Shown: positions 19,278 to 29,054 of the stretch, piece by piece
Numbering within the stretch: the stretch's first letter is position 1
How the letters are laid out: every line of letters begins with the position of its first letter
Origin: Chitinophagales bacterium
Lineage (GTDB): Bacteria > Bacteroidota > Bacteroidia > Chitinophagales > JADIYW01
Direction of reading: 5' to 3'
Length of the DNA: 64,000 bases
Assembly: GCA_046329775.1 (NCBI GenBank)
Contig: JAXLTX010000002.1
Coordinates: forward strand, 449,567 to 513,566
Made by a program: the position numbers and the translations under genes
The notes under the pieces: model-generated
Seen by the model: the letters and a program-made list of their open reading frames with translations, nothing else
Told to the model about the DNA's origin: nothing
Database searches by the model: none

Positions 19278-21398
19278 TTATTGTTTTCCCAGTCCGGCAT
19301 TTCTGATATACGGCTCAACCTGCATATCGTGTCCGATGAGATTTCTGAATGCCTTATTGAGATCAACGCTGTTTCCTACAGAAAGGATGTACTTGCGAAA
19401 ACGGTCACAATTGGCTCTGGTCAATCCACCGTTTGCCTTCATCCAATCAAAAACGTTATAATCCAGCGTCTTGCTCCAGGTATAGGCATAATATCCCGCT
19501 GAGTATCCGCCGCTCCATATATGCGCAAAATAAGGCGTATGATATCGGGTCGGAACTTCATTCATATATAAACCGTATTTTTTCAAGGCTTCGGTTTCAA
19601 ATTCCAATGCCGGTTTGAAATCCGTTTCTTTTTCAACGCTGTGCCAGGCCAGATCCAGGGTTGCGGCCGCGAGCAATTCTGTTACGTCGTATCCTTTGTT
19701 AAAGGTTTCAGCTTTTACAATCTTGTCGATAAGCGATGCAGGAATTACTTTTTTTGTCTTGTAGTGAATTGCATAATTTTTCAGAATGGCGGGATCAAGT
19801 GCTGCGTGTTCGTTTATCTGAGATGGAAATTCCACGAAGTCATTCGGTGTAGCGGTACCGGAAAGGCTCGGATATTTCTGGCTGGCAAATAAGCCGTGCA
19901 AGGTGTGTCCGAACTCATGGAACATGGTGGTAACATCTTTGAAATTAATCAGAGAAGGGTTTCCATCTACAGGTTTGGCGAAATTATAAACGTTATAAAT
20001 AACCGGTTTCTGTTTCAGTACATAAGACTGCTGGACAAAATTATCCATCCATGCTCCACCACTCTTGTTATCTCTTGTGTAAAAATCCAGATAATAGATG
20101 GCCAAAGATTTTCCATCCTTGTCAAACACCTCATAAGCCACCACATCCGGATGATATACCGGCAAATCCTTACGCACCTTAAAGGTTAATCCATACATCT
20201 TCTTTGCCGCATAGAAAACGCCCTTCTCCAGTACATTATTGACTTCAAAATAAGGCTTGATTTCACTTTCATTCAAATCATATTTTTCCTTCCTCACCTG
20301 CTCGGAGTAGAAATTCCAGTCCCAAGGCTCCAACTTAAATCCACCATTCTGTTTATCAATCAAATCCTGAATATCTTTGGCTTCCTGTTTTGCTTTCTCT
20401 GTGGCAGGTTTTGCCAGTTTTGCCAGCAATTCCATAGCGCGCTCAGGGGTCTTGGCCATTTGGTCCTGCAACTTCCATTCTGCGAAACTCTTCATCCCCA
20501 TCAATTGTGCCTTTTGCAGACGCAATCGCACTATCTTTTCCAAAATAGCTCTTGTATCGCCGCTGTCATTTTTCTCGGCGCGTGTCCAGGATGCTTTGAA
20601 TAATTGCTCTCTGACACTTCTGTTTTTCAGATATTGCAACAATGGCTGCTGTGTGGTATTGGTCAACCCCAACAGGTATTTGCCGTCATATCCGGCAGCG
20701 GTGGCCTTGGCTTTGGCTGCAGCAATATCTTCGGCAGATAATCCATCCAGATCTTCCACCTTATCTAGCAGCAAACCGCCGTTCTTTCTGGCAATCAGCA
20801 GCGTATTGCCATATTCTGTTGTGAGGCTGGCCAATTGCTGATTGATGGTTTTCATGGTTTCCTTGTCCGCATCCGATAAATTAGCGCCGGCCATTTCGAA
20901 ATTCTTGAGATACAACTCCACCAATTTCTTATCTTCCCCTTTCAGTGCGGAAAGATTTAAGGCCTTGATGCGTTTGTAGATTTTTGAGTTGAGATATATA
21001 TTGTCATTATGAGCAGAAAAGATGGGTGCATACTCCTCTTCTATGGCCTGCAGGGTCGGATTGGTATTGGCACTGGTCATCTTGAAAAACACACCCATGG
21101 CGCGATATAAATCCTGTCCGCTTAATTCCAGCGCCAAAACCGTGTTGGCAAAGGTAGGTGCATCCGGATTATTGGAGATCTTCTCAATTTCTGCATCGTG
21201 CAGTTTCAGGCCGGCTTCAAAAGCAGGTTTAAAATGTTCATCCTTAATCTTGTCAAACGGAGGCGCCTGATATTGCAAGGTGCTTTTCTGCAAGAGAGGA
21301 TTGGTTGGTTTTACGGTGCCGTCTTGTGCCAAGACAGGATTTAAGACAGTTGCAGTATAAATGGCGCCAACCAATATGCTTTTGTGAAATGAATACAT
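19278..21398 (-). CDS. dcp: M3-family peptidyl-dipeptidase (Dcp-like zinc metallopeptidase)
   Basis: HEXXH site in TMFHEFGHTLHG and the downstream EFPSQINE glutamate. The size is about 700 aa. ORF 19278..21464; the ATG at 21398 gives a signal-peptide-like N-terminus. Confidence 0.9.
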   Translation of the reverse strand: MYSFHKSILVGAIYTATVLNPVLAQDGTVKPTNPLLQKSTLQYQAPPFDKIKDEHFKPAFEAGLKLHDAEIEKISNNPDAPTFANTVLALELSGQDLYRAMGVFFKMTSANTNPTLQAIEEEYAPIFSAHNDNIYLNSKIYKRIKALNLSALKGEDKKLVELYLKNFEMAGANLSDADKETMKTINQQLASLTTEYGNTLLIARKNGGLLLDKVEDLDGLSAEDIAAAKAKATAAGYDGKYLLGLTNTTQQPLLQYLKNRSVREQLFKASWTRAEKNDSGDTRAILEKIVRLRLQKAQLMGMKSFAEWKLQDQMAKTPERAMELLAKLAKPATEKAKQEAKDIQDLIDKQNGGFKLEPWDWNFYSEQVRKEKYDLNESEIKPYFEVNNVLEKGVFYAAKKMYGLTFKVRKDLPVYHPDVVAYEVFDKDGKSLAIYYLDFYTRDNKSGGAWMDNFVQQSYVLKQKPVIYNVYNFAKPVDGNPSLINFKDVTTMFHEFGHTLHGLFASQKYPSLSGTATPNDFVEFPSQINEHAALDPAILKNYAIHYKTKKVIPASLIDKIVKAETFNKGYDVTELLAAATLDLAWHSVEKETDFKPALEFETEALKKYGLYMNEVPTRYHTPYFAHIWSGGYSAGYYAYTWSKTLDYNVFDWMKANGGLTRANCDRFRKYILSVGNSVDLNKAFRNLIGHDMQVEPYIRNAGLGKQ

Positions 21399-21546
21399 GC
21401 GTTTTAAAATTTGAGGTGTAAAGGTATGGCATTTGCAGATAAAGGCAAAAAAAGAACACCCCAAAATCTAATATTATGGAAATATCGCGTATTTCTTGAC
21501 CTATTCGATCAAACCTGACGTGAACAGAACAACGTTACACTGTTAA

Positions 21547-23139
21547 TTATGCGAAATCCTGATGCTCATTTTTTGTCGGCAGGAGACTCATGGCTCTTTC
21601 TGAAATGGCCGTTATGCTAAGGCTCGGATTTACGCCAGGATTGGCAGACATCATACTTCCATCGCACACCATCATATTTTTGTAGTTGAAGACATGATTG
21701 TTCTTATCGATCACACCACTGCTTGCATCTCTACCCATGCAGGCACCTCCAAGAATATGGGCTGTGGTAGGGATTCCAAACAAGGTTTCCGAACTCATCA
21801 CCATAGCTTTTCCATTAACAATCTTCTCTATCTTGTGTGCTATCTCCTGAGCTTTGGGGTTAAAGGCAGTAGGTGCAGGTCCTGTATCCAGATTGGTTTT
21901 CATGATTCCCACTTTGGTTCTCTTTAAACTCAAGGTAGAATCAATACTTTCCATATATAGCAGTATGTGTGTCTTCTTACTCCAGTCGTCCACAAAAAAA
22001 ACTTTAAGGTTGTCAATCGGATGTAGGACGAAATCTTTCATCATATTAAAGAAGCGGATGAATATATTTTTGCCTGTTACCATCGGTGCCATGAACAATC
22101 TCCAAAACCCCGCCCCTTCGGAATATTTCACCGGTTCCACATGGCGGCTGTCATCTATATTCACAATGGAACCGATGGCGATACCCTCTGAAAATGAAAC
22201 ATCCTTATCATAAGTAGTCACACCAATCAGACTTTCAGAATTGGTACGGATACCTGTTCCCAGTTTATCGGAAAGGTTGGGCAGTGAGGTTTCTTTCAGT
22301 TTCAACATCAGCTCCATGGTACCTAAAACACCTCCGGAGAAAATTACCCCTTTGACCTTTACGCTTGCTTTTCTAGGGAAATAGGATAATGAGTCCTTGT
22401 ATTTAATTTCATATCCTGCACTTCCATCCGCACTTAAGGGAACGACATCATACACCTCTTTTTCTGCAATAATTTCGGCACCCAGTTGCTGGGCGAGGTA
22501 CAAATAATTCTTATCCAGCGTATTTTTGGCATTGAAACGGCAGCCCAACATACAGCCCCCACAAAGATTACAGCCGGTCCTTTCCGGTCCTTTTCCTTCA
22601 AAATAAGGATCCTGTACGGTGACACCCGGCTTTCCGAAATATACAGCAACATCTGTCTTATCGAATGTTTTCTCATCTCCCATATCTTTTGCCAGTTGCA
22701 GCATGGCCTTATCACTTCGGCTCATATACGGATGCTTTTCCGCACCCAGCATTTTTTTAGCCGTGTCATAAAACGGTTTCAGTACATTCTGCCAGTCCTC
22801 AAGACCGTTCCAGTGTCCGCTGTTGTAAAATTCTGATTTGGGAACCGGTAAGGTATTTGCGTACACGACGGATCCGCCACCAACAGCCACCCCGCTTAGG
22901 ATGGCTACATGTCGATAGAAGGTGAGCTTGAATAAGCCCTGCATTCCCAGTTTCGGCATCCACATCCACTTGCGAAGATTCCAGTTGGTTTCAGGAAAAT
23001 CCTCCGGTTTGTTGAACCATTTTCCCTTTTCAATCACCAATACCTTATATCCCTTCTCTGATAAACGCAGTGCGGAAACAGAGCCGCCAAAGCCACTGCC
23101 GATAATCACATAATCGTAGTCGTAAGTTTGAGTTGCCAT
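21547..23139 (-). CDS. GMC-family FAD-dependent oxidoreductase (cholesterol-oxidase-like)
   Basis: N-terminal Rossmann fold YDYVIIGSGFGGSVSALRLSEKGYKVLVIEKG. The C-terminal segment is HILGGACMG...VCDGSMMSANPGVNPSLTI-like. The ORF-track start at 23160 is a TTG; the first ATG is at 23139. Confidence 0.85.
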   Translation of the reverse strand: MATQTYDYDYVIIGSGFGGSVSALRLSEKGYKVLVIEKGKWFNKPEDFPETNWNLRKWMWMPKLGMQGLFKLTFYRHVAILSGVAVGGGSVVYANTLPVPKSEFYNSGHWNGLEDWQNVLKPFYDTAKKMLGAEKHPYMSRSDKAMLQLAKDMGDEKTFDKTDVAVYFGKPGVTVQDPYFEGKGPERTGCNLCGGCMLGCRFNAKNTLDKNYLYLAQQLGAEIIAEKEVYDVVPLSADGSAGYEIKYKDSLSYFPRKASVKVKGVIFSGGVLGTMELMLKLKETSLPNLSDKLGTGIRTNSESLIGVTTYDKDVSFSEGIAIGSIVNIDDSRHVEPVKYSEGAGFWRLFMAPMVTGKNIFIRFFNMMKDFVLHPIDNLKVFFVDDWSKKTHILLYMESIDSTLSLKRTKVGIMKTNLDTGPAPTAFNPKAQEIAHKIEKIVNGKAMVMSSETLFGIPTTAHILGGACMGRDASSGVIDKNNHVFNYKNMMVCDGSMMSANPGVNPSLSITAISERAMSLLPTKNEHQDFA

Positions 23140-23284
23140 TTGTATACTTTCAACTGACAATTTACGGATTGGGAATGAATTATCCGATAAAAGAAAGATA
23201 ATTTGTCAGAATTAGCATCTATCGTTCAGAAGAGACGCAACACTCAGTCAATAATTCTGTATAACAACAAACCACTTAAGCATC

Positions 23285-24241
23285 TTAAGATTTTGAAAAT
23301 TTCTCCCAGCTTTTTTTGCACAACTGATAGGTAAGGTATTCTATATAATAGCTTCCTTTCGCAGCGTCCTCTATTTCATTAAAGTAAGATTCATAATGAA
23401 GAATATGGTGAACATTGCGGGCAATCCGTTTTCCGAAGTCCGAATTATCCGTGAGTATGTCATGGCTGTTGATGATCAGGCTGTCACAACCTCCAAGGAT
23501 GGCGCTCATCGCCTCGGTGGTATTACGCAGCATATTTACGTTCTCCTCTTCAATGCTAAAACTTCGGGTGTCTGTTTCGCACTGAATGAAAATCGAATAT
23601 GGCTGATTACTTATTTCACACACCTGTTTCCACAACCAGCGAAGTGCACGAAGTCTGGCAATTTCAAAAAAGTAATTTCCACCGATAAGAAAATGGAAGC
23701 GGATATCTTTATCCCGGTATTGTACTCCCTGAAGTAAAGCTGCTGCCAGCTCATCGCTCATCGTTTCCTGTTCACTGATTTTTACAACAAAAGGACAGGC
23801 ACCTTTCTGCACAGCTTCCAGCATGTCTCTGTCATCTTCTGTATAATTTTCAAAAGTAAGCGGTGCCACCTCCAGTAAAATACCTTCCAGCAAAGAATCA
23901 ATTTCCGCTTTGTGAAATGACTTACCCTGCAAATCAAAAACCAGTGCGCCTGCTCCGGCCTGCAATGCCTTTAGTGCTTCCTGATTGGCGGATACGATGT
24001 CCTGCACGAAAATTCTTTCTGTTATCATCCATCCTTTGGCGGATTTCTCGGGGATGCTGAGCTGATAACGTTCACTATCCTCATTGGTGTAAAAGGGCAA
24101 TACATCAATTCCCTCTCTGGAATGCCAGATGAGTTTATCAAAGGATTCTCCTTTTAGATCTTTAATGATTTTTTCTTTCCAATCGGCAGGAGTGGGTGCC
24201 GGAAACTGCTGAAATATGCTATCGAATGTATCTAATGACAT
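23285..24241 (-). CDS. methylmalonyl-CoA mutase family protein, short MutA-like form without a B12-binding domain
   Basis: N-terminus PTPADWKEKIIKDLKG.SFDKLIWHSREGIDVLPFYT. The later segments LRALRWLW and RNTTEAMSAILGGCDSL resemble the TIM-barrel part of MCM small subunits. At only 318 aa it has no adjacent large subunit. Confidence 0.6.
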   Translation of the reverse strand: MSLDTFDSIFQQFPAPTPADWKEKIIKDLKGESFDKLIWHSREGIDVLPFYTNEDSERYQLSIPEKSAKGWMITERIFVQDIVSANQEALKALQAGAGALVFDLQGKSFHKAEIDSLLEGILLEVAPLTFENYTEDDRDMLEAVQKGACPFVVKISEQETMSDELAAALLQGVQYRDKDIRFHFLIGGNYFFEIARLRALRWLWKQVCEISNQPYSIFIQCETDTRSFSIEEENVNMLRNTTEAMSAILGGCDSLIINSHDILTDNSDFGKRIARNVHHILHYESYFNEIEDAAKGSYYIEYLTYQLCKKSWEKFSKS

Positions 24242-24293
24242 AGGATAAAGATAGTAAACCTTAAAGTCATTTTAAAATCTTAACCATACTGTT

Positions 24294-27200
24294 TTAATCC
24301 ACGCTTAAAATCTTAATCTCTACGCGCTGATTGAGTGAATTTGCCGGTTCATTAGGCTTCAGCAGCTGCGTTTTTCCGTACCCTTTATAACTCAGGCGAT
24401 CGGAAGCGATACCCTTGCTTATGAGATAATCCACGCAGGTTTTGGCTCTGCTGGTCGAAAGTTTCTGACAGTAATAATCATCGCACAATCCATTGGTATG
24501 TCCGCCAATTTCCACTTTCAGATTTTTATTACGCGCCAGAAACAAGACCACCTTATCCAATTCAGGATAGGATGGAATCTGGAGAAAAGAGGCATCTGCC
24601 ACAAAATAGATGTTATTGACCTGCGCCACAGCACCTACCTGCAACGGCACATTAAACAGGTCGTAATTTTGCGGTACATTGGCAGCCGTCTTTTGCTGTA
24701 TCTTCCCCAATGAGTCTATAGAACGCTTGAGCGCCAGCACATCTCGTTCCTGTTGTTTTTTCAGGGCATCCAGCTTGGCCTTATCCTCTTCCATCTTTTT
24801 CTTTTCTGCCGCTAGCTTATCACGCTCCGCCTGCATTTGCGCCAGTAAATCATCCATTTTCTTTTTCTCCAGTTCAAGTTTTTCCTTCTCCCCCGCCAGT
24901 TGTGTGTTTTGTGCTGTCAGTTTATCCTTTTCATCGCTGAATCTGGTGCGTTGGTCTTTCAGGTCTGCAATATCTTTTTCCAGCGATTGCTTACTGCTGC
25001 CCATCTTATCCAGTGTTTCTGTCATCTTTTGCTCTGCCTGTTTCTGTGCCTGTTGTATAGAATCCAGTCTTGCCTTTTCCGCTTCCATATCGGCTACGGT
25101 GGTCATTACCGGCTGGATGGGCACTACCGGTGTTGTGTTCTCAGGTGCCGGTGCGGGAACCGGTTGTATTGGTTTTTCACCCACGATTATCAATTCCCTT
25201 TCCTGGTACTCCTTCTTTGGTTCAACGGGTGCTGGAACTGAAGGCTGAACATCTGTTTTTACGCTTAACTGTGGAGAAGGTGCCGCGGCGGGCAATTGGG
25301 TATCCATTGTCGTTTTAGGCGTGTTTAAAGCAGCCATTTCCTCTTTCAGTTTCCTCAGTTTCTCTTCATATTTTGTGATAATCGGATTAGGTGCCTGAAC
25401 AACTGTTGGAGGTGCAGGCTGAACGGCTAACGGTATTGCTTCCTGAACAGGCGGTGCCGGTTCCTGTTTTTTAGTCACAGGTGTACTGCTTACCGTTAAA
25501 GGTGCATTTTTTTGTTGTTTTTTCAACTCATCCAGTTTTTTCTGATATGCATCATAATCCTGTGAAACCTTGTCTTCCTGTTTTTCTTTTAATGGCTGAG
25601 CCTCGTACGGTTTGGGCTTGTACGGATCTGCATACAATCTATTGCTTTGCCCCACTTCGCGTTGCTGCTGTTTCAAGGCATCCAGCTTTTGCTGAAGGTC
25701 ATCTGTTTTGGCACTCGAGGTGGGTGCTACTGCCTGTGGATTAGGGTATTGTTCGGCAATGGTTCTGGTATCGGTTGGAGCAGAGTAGGTGTTTGGCTGC
25801 TTTACAATCTGTGATTGTTGTTTTTTCAGTTCATCCAGTTTTTGCTGCAGCTCGTCCGTTTGCGGATTGGATGTTTTTAGAGGAGCATTATAGGTTACCG
25901 GTGGAGCTGCATAAACAGGTGTTTCCGTTGTATTCGGATCGACCTCTGTTGTAATGATGTTGGGATTGGCGGTATTTTGCGGCGTAATGACCGTAGCGGA
26001 TGAAGTAGGGGGAGTTGTTACAGGCATTGTGCGTTTTGACAGGCTATTCAGACCGTCATTGTTGGGATTTACGGTAGGATTATTTTTCTGCTGTTCGCGT
26101 GCCGCCAGTTCTTCTGCTGTCAATACTCTTGGCCCCGGCTTGGGTGTTTCCACTGGTTTTATAGTGTTTGTTGTAGCGGGGCGTGGTGTTTTCTCTTCAG
26201 GTGACTGATATGGCTGAATGGTGTTCAACACCTCTTTCTTCACTTCCTGACGTGGTGCACTTGGCTGCGGGGTAACGGGTGCCGAGGTTGTGTTTGGGGG
26301 TGGCGTGTTGCTGACGGCAGGCGGAGTTGTAGTTTGCGGTTTTGGTGTTGACGCAATTTGTGTCTGTTGTTTCTTTAGTTCTTCCAGTTTTCTTTGCAAA
26401 TCATCAACTTGCGGATTGGTGGCTGGTACAGGTTTGGGTGCCGGAGCAGGTGCAAGTGCCGCGGTAGCTTTTACAGGCGAAGCAAGGGGTGCAACCGGAG
26501 TCGTGGTGGTGGTCACCGGGTTGGTTGCATTACCTTTTTTCAGAGGTGCGCTTGCTACAAACTTTTTAATATCTACGTATTCTGGACGTGCTTCTTTAGG
26601 TAATTTTATTCTATACAAATCATTTTTACCAAAATAGGTAACACCACTGGAGAAATAGGCATAATCACCGGATGCAGGAATGGTATAATAAATATCCATT
26701 TCATCGGTATTGATTTTATCTCCTAAATTCAAGGGTTTGCTCCAGTTGGTCCAGGTATCGTCCAGCCGTTTACTCATATACATGTCGTAACTTCCAAACC
26801 CAGGATGCCCGGAAGAAGAAAAATATAAGGTTTTACCATCTGCGGCTAAAAAGACACTTCCTTCTGCTCCTACTGTGTTTATTACCGGGCCAAGATTTTT
26901 AGGTTCCGACCAATCGCCATCACTGTATTTCTGGGAGACATACAAATCCAGATCACCGTATGAGTCATCCCGCTGAATGGACATCAGCACAATATTTTCA
27001 TCTAGATTCATGTGATAATGAGCGAATTCATTCTTGTTATACAGATTCGGTATATTCAGCGGCTTGGGTTTGCTCCAATCACCGTCTTTTTGTTTGGTGG
27101 AAACGGACAAGCCTGCGTAATTATAGGTATTCTTGATGTATTTGTTGGCAACATACAAACGGTTATTATCTCTGCTGATGAAACAGATAAAATTGTTGTC

Positions 27201-27983
27201 ATTGGTATTCAAAGGAGGCCCTATATTTTCTGCTTTCCCTAACTTGCCTCCGGGCATTACATTTGACAAATAGATATCATCATTAAAATCCCTCGAGTTA
27301 TTTTCATCCGTTAGTTTTCTGGTAAAATACAACAAACTGCCATCCGGAGAAATCAGGGGTAAATGATCGTAAAATTGAGAATTCACATTCGGTCCCAAAT
27401 TTTCCGGTTGTCCCACTGTTTCTGAATATTTGATCACATTAACATTTTGTTTGTAAGGTGCGGTATTGGACGAGATGCCGATACAGTCGATCTCCTGCCT
27501 TCCGAATACGGCATTCGTATTGATGACCAGTTTCAGTTTCACCACATTATAGGTTGGTTTAACTTTAAAATACGTAAGCGGATCTGTAAATTTCTGCGTA
27601 GGGACAGGATGTTCATTTTCATATACCGTGTATTTCTTACCTGAAACATCATACAGGATGATTTCCGTTATGGAACCTGCATTTGCATTCTCTCCGACGA
27701 TGACCTGCTGTACCGTTTGCGGTGTGGCAAAACCAACTGTGACAAATTCTTTTGAATCATCCTGATTTTTTGGCGTCCAGGCAAGCTGGGAAGAAACACA
27801 CTTGGTGGTGTTCGGATACCCCAGAACCTGCGATGCACTCCACCTTGTAGAATTTTTGCCAATCAGTTCATCTTTATATTCCGAAGAGAAATCTATCAAT
27901 TTACTGGCCCATTGCACCTGCGCAAAGCCGAAATGGGTGATAAAGCATAATGAATACGTCAATAAGAAAATCAATTTCTTCAT
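24294..27983 (-). CDS. giant OmpA-family protein: N-terminal beta-sandwich-like domain, TolB/PD40-type beta-propeller, ~600-aa low-complexity and coiled-coil region, C-terminal OmpA peptidoglycan-binding domain
   Basis: Signal peptide MKKLIFLLTYSLCFITHFGFAQ. PD40-like blades (PLISPDGSLLYFTR, FISRDNNRLYVAN, FLAADGKTLYFSS, IPASGDYAYFSS). A Pro/Thr/Gln-rich region with repeated LQQKLDELKKQQ-type motifs, then a K/E/L heptad region. The OmpA domain is EIGGHTNG...LSTSRAKTCVDYLISKGIASDRLSYKGYG...NQRVEIKIL. Confidence 0.85.
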   Translation of the reverse strand: MKKLIFLLTYSLCFITHFGFAQVQWASKLIDFSSEYKDELIGKNSTRWSASQVLGYPNTTKCVSSQLAWTPKNQDDSKEFVTVGFATPQTVQQVIVGENANAGSITEIILYDVSGKKYTVYENEHPVPTQKFTDPLTYFKVKPTYNVVKLKLVINTNAVFGRQEIDCIGISSNTAPYKQNVNVIKYSETVGQPENLGPNVNSQFYDHLPLISPDGSLLYFTRKLTDENNSRDFNDDIYLSNVMPGGKLGKAENIGPPLNTNDNNFICFISRDNNRLYVANKYIKNTYNYAGLSVSTKQKDGDWSKPKPLNIPNLYNKNEFAHYHMNLDENIVLMSIQRDDSYGDLDLYVSQKYSDGDWSEPKNLGPVINTVGAEGSVFLAADGKTLYFSSSGHPGFGSYDMYMSKRLDDTWTNWSKPLNLGDKINTDEMDIYYTIPASGDYAYFSSGVTYFGKNDLYRIKLPKEARPEYVDIKKFVASAPLKKGNATNPVTTTTTPVAPLASPVKATAALAPAPAPKPVPATNPQVDDLQRKLEELKKQQTQIASTPKPQTTTPPAVSNTPPPNTTSAPVTPQPSAPRQEVKKEVLNTIQPYQSPEEKTPRPATTNTIKPVETPKPGPRVLTAEELAAREQQKNNPTVNPNNDGLNSLSKRTMPVTTPPTSSATVITPQNTANPNIITTEVDPNTTETPVYAAPPVTYNAPLKTSNPQTDELQQKLDELKKQQSQIVKQPNTYSAPTDTRTIAEQYPNPQAVAPTSSAKTDDLQQKLDALKQQQREVGQSNRLYADPYKPKPYEAQPLKEKQEDKVSQDYDAYQKKLDELKKQQKNAPLTVSSTPVTKKQEPAPPVQEAIPLAVQPAPPTVVQAPNPIITKYEEKLRKLKEEMAALNTPKTTMDTQLPAAAPSPQLSVKTDVQPSVPAPVEPKKEYQERELIIVGEKPIQPVPAPAPENTTPVVPIQPVMTTVADMEAEKARLDSIQQAQKQAEQKMTETLDKMGSSKQSLEKDIADLKDQRTRFSDEKDKLTAQNTQLAGEKEKLELEKKKMDDLLAQMQAERDKLAAEKKKMEEDKAKLDALKKQQERDVLALKRSIDSLGKIQQKTAANVPQNYDLFNVPLQVGAVAQVNNIYFVADASFLQIPSYPELDKVVLFLARNKNLKVEIGGHTNGLCDDYYCQKLSTSRAKTCVDYLISKGIASDRLSYKGYGKTQLLKPNEPANSLNQRVEIKILSVD
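24680..26540 (-). repeat. low-complexity (P/T/Q/A-rich) plus coiled-coil coding region with a recurring 12-14 aa motif
   Basis: Motif copies read from the translation are DDLQRKLEELKKQQ (~26355..26415), DELQQKLDELKKQQ (~25805..25865), DDLQQKLDALKQQQ (~25660..25715), DAYQKKLDELKKQQ (~25505..25560), YEEKLRKLKEEM (~25330..25378) and AKLDALKKQQ (~24750..24780). Coordinates are approximate. Confidence 0.7.
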
Positions 27984-28136
27984 TCAGTACGTCGTTTAAG
28001 GTTAATCAGTATGAAATATAGTTAAATCCATCTATTTTAGAATATTATTAACAAGATTTATACCAAGAAAAAATCAGAAATACTATTTTCACCATAATAA
28101 CGTTTATTTTTGGTATTAATTTTGAACACAATAAGC

Positions 28137-29051
28137 ATGAGAACATATATCGCTATACTTTTTATATTCATTTCCTTCGTTTCCAAAGCTCAAAATCAGA
28201 TCAGTCCGGATGATTTCAAGCAAATCAAGCTCTATGAGGATACCATACGCATGTATGGCGATACGCTTATAAACAGCCAGGAAAAGGACAACCGCACCAT
28301 AGCCAGCTATCGGATCATCAAAACGTTGACCAAAGCCTTAAAAATAAAGAATTCCTATTATTACCAATGGGATTCTCTGCTCCCATGGAAGATTGTGCAG
28401 CCAGAAGACGCTGCCTTTAAGATTTTCACATGGTATGTACGCAGCGATGAAGACATGTACAAATTCTTCGGTACCATCCAGGTAAAAAGCGATACGCTGA
28501 AAATGTTTCCATTGATTGATTACTCTGAGTTTACCGACCACCAGGAAGACATCAACGTAGACAATAACAACTGGATCGGTTGCCTGTATTACGGTCTTAA
28601 AACGGTAAAATCCGGGAAGAAGACCTATTACACCTTATTTGGCTGGGATGGCAATAATGCAGGCAGCAACAAAAAAGTGATGGAGATATTTTCCTTCAAC
28701 AAACAGGGAAAACCACGCTTTGGCGCACCCATCATACAAATGGAGAATGGTAAAATCCTGAATCGCTTTATTCTGGAATTTTCCAAAGAAGCCAGTGCTT
28801 CGTTAAACTGGAATCCCGATGAAAAGAAAATAGTCTACGACCACATAGCACCCAATGGTGATGCGCTGGAAGGCTTTTTTGCCAATTATGTTCCGGATGG
28901 CACCTACGAGGGTTTTGAATGGAAAAAAGGAAAATGGAGACACGTGGAAAACATAGCTTATGAAAAACGTGTGGACGGTGACGTGCCAAATGTAGGTAAA
29001 CAAAATACGTTTGAGTTATATACACCGAAACCAATTCCGAAGACGAAGTAG
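28137..29051 (+). CDS. secreted hypothetical protein
   Basis: ORF 28110..29051; the ATG at 28137 gives the signal peptide MRTYIAILFIFISFVSKAQ. TAnnTTTG-type boxes lie just upstream (tatttttg 28105..28112, taattttg 28117..28124). I recognise no motif. Confidence 0.6.
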   Translation: MRTYIAILFIFISFVSKAQNQISPDDFKQIKLYEDTIRMYGDTLINSQEKDNRTIASYRIIKTLTKALKIKNSYYYQWDSLLPWKIVQPEDAAFKIFTWYVRSDEDMYKFFGTIQVKSDTLKMFPLIDYSEFTDHQEDINVDNNNWIGCLYYGLKTVKSGKKTYYTLFGWDGNNAGSNKKVMEIFSFNKQGKPRFGAPIIQMENGKILNRFILEFSKEASASLNWNPDEKKIVYDHIAPNGDALEGFFANYVPDGTYEGFEWKKGKWRHVENIAYEKRVDGDVPNVGKQNTFELYTPKPIPKTK

Positions 29052-29054
29052 AAA

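Noticed and set aside
24679-25248. 189-aa and 113-aa plus-strand ORFs antisense to the coiled-coil and low-complexity part of the giant OmpA gene. Similar ORFs lie at 25954..26637.
   Set aside because: They are Ser/Cys/Phe-rich translations produced by reading the K/E/Q-rich repeat region backwards. The sense frame is continuous with the flanking PD40 and OmpA domains.
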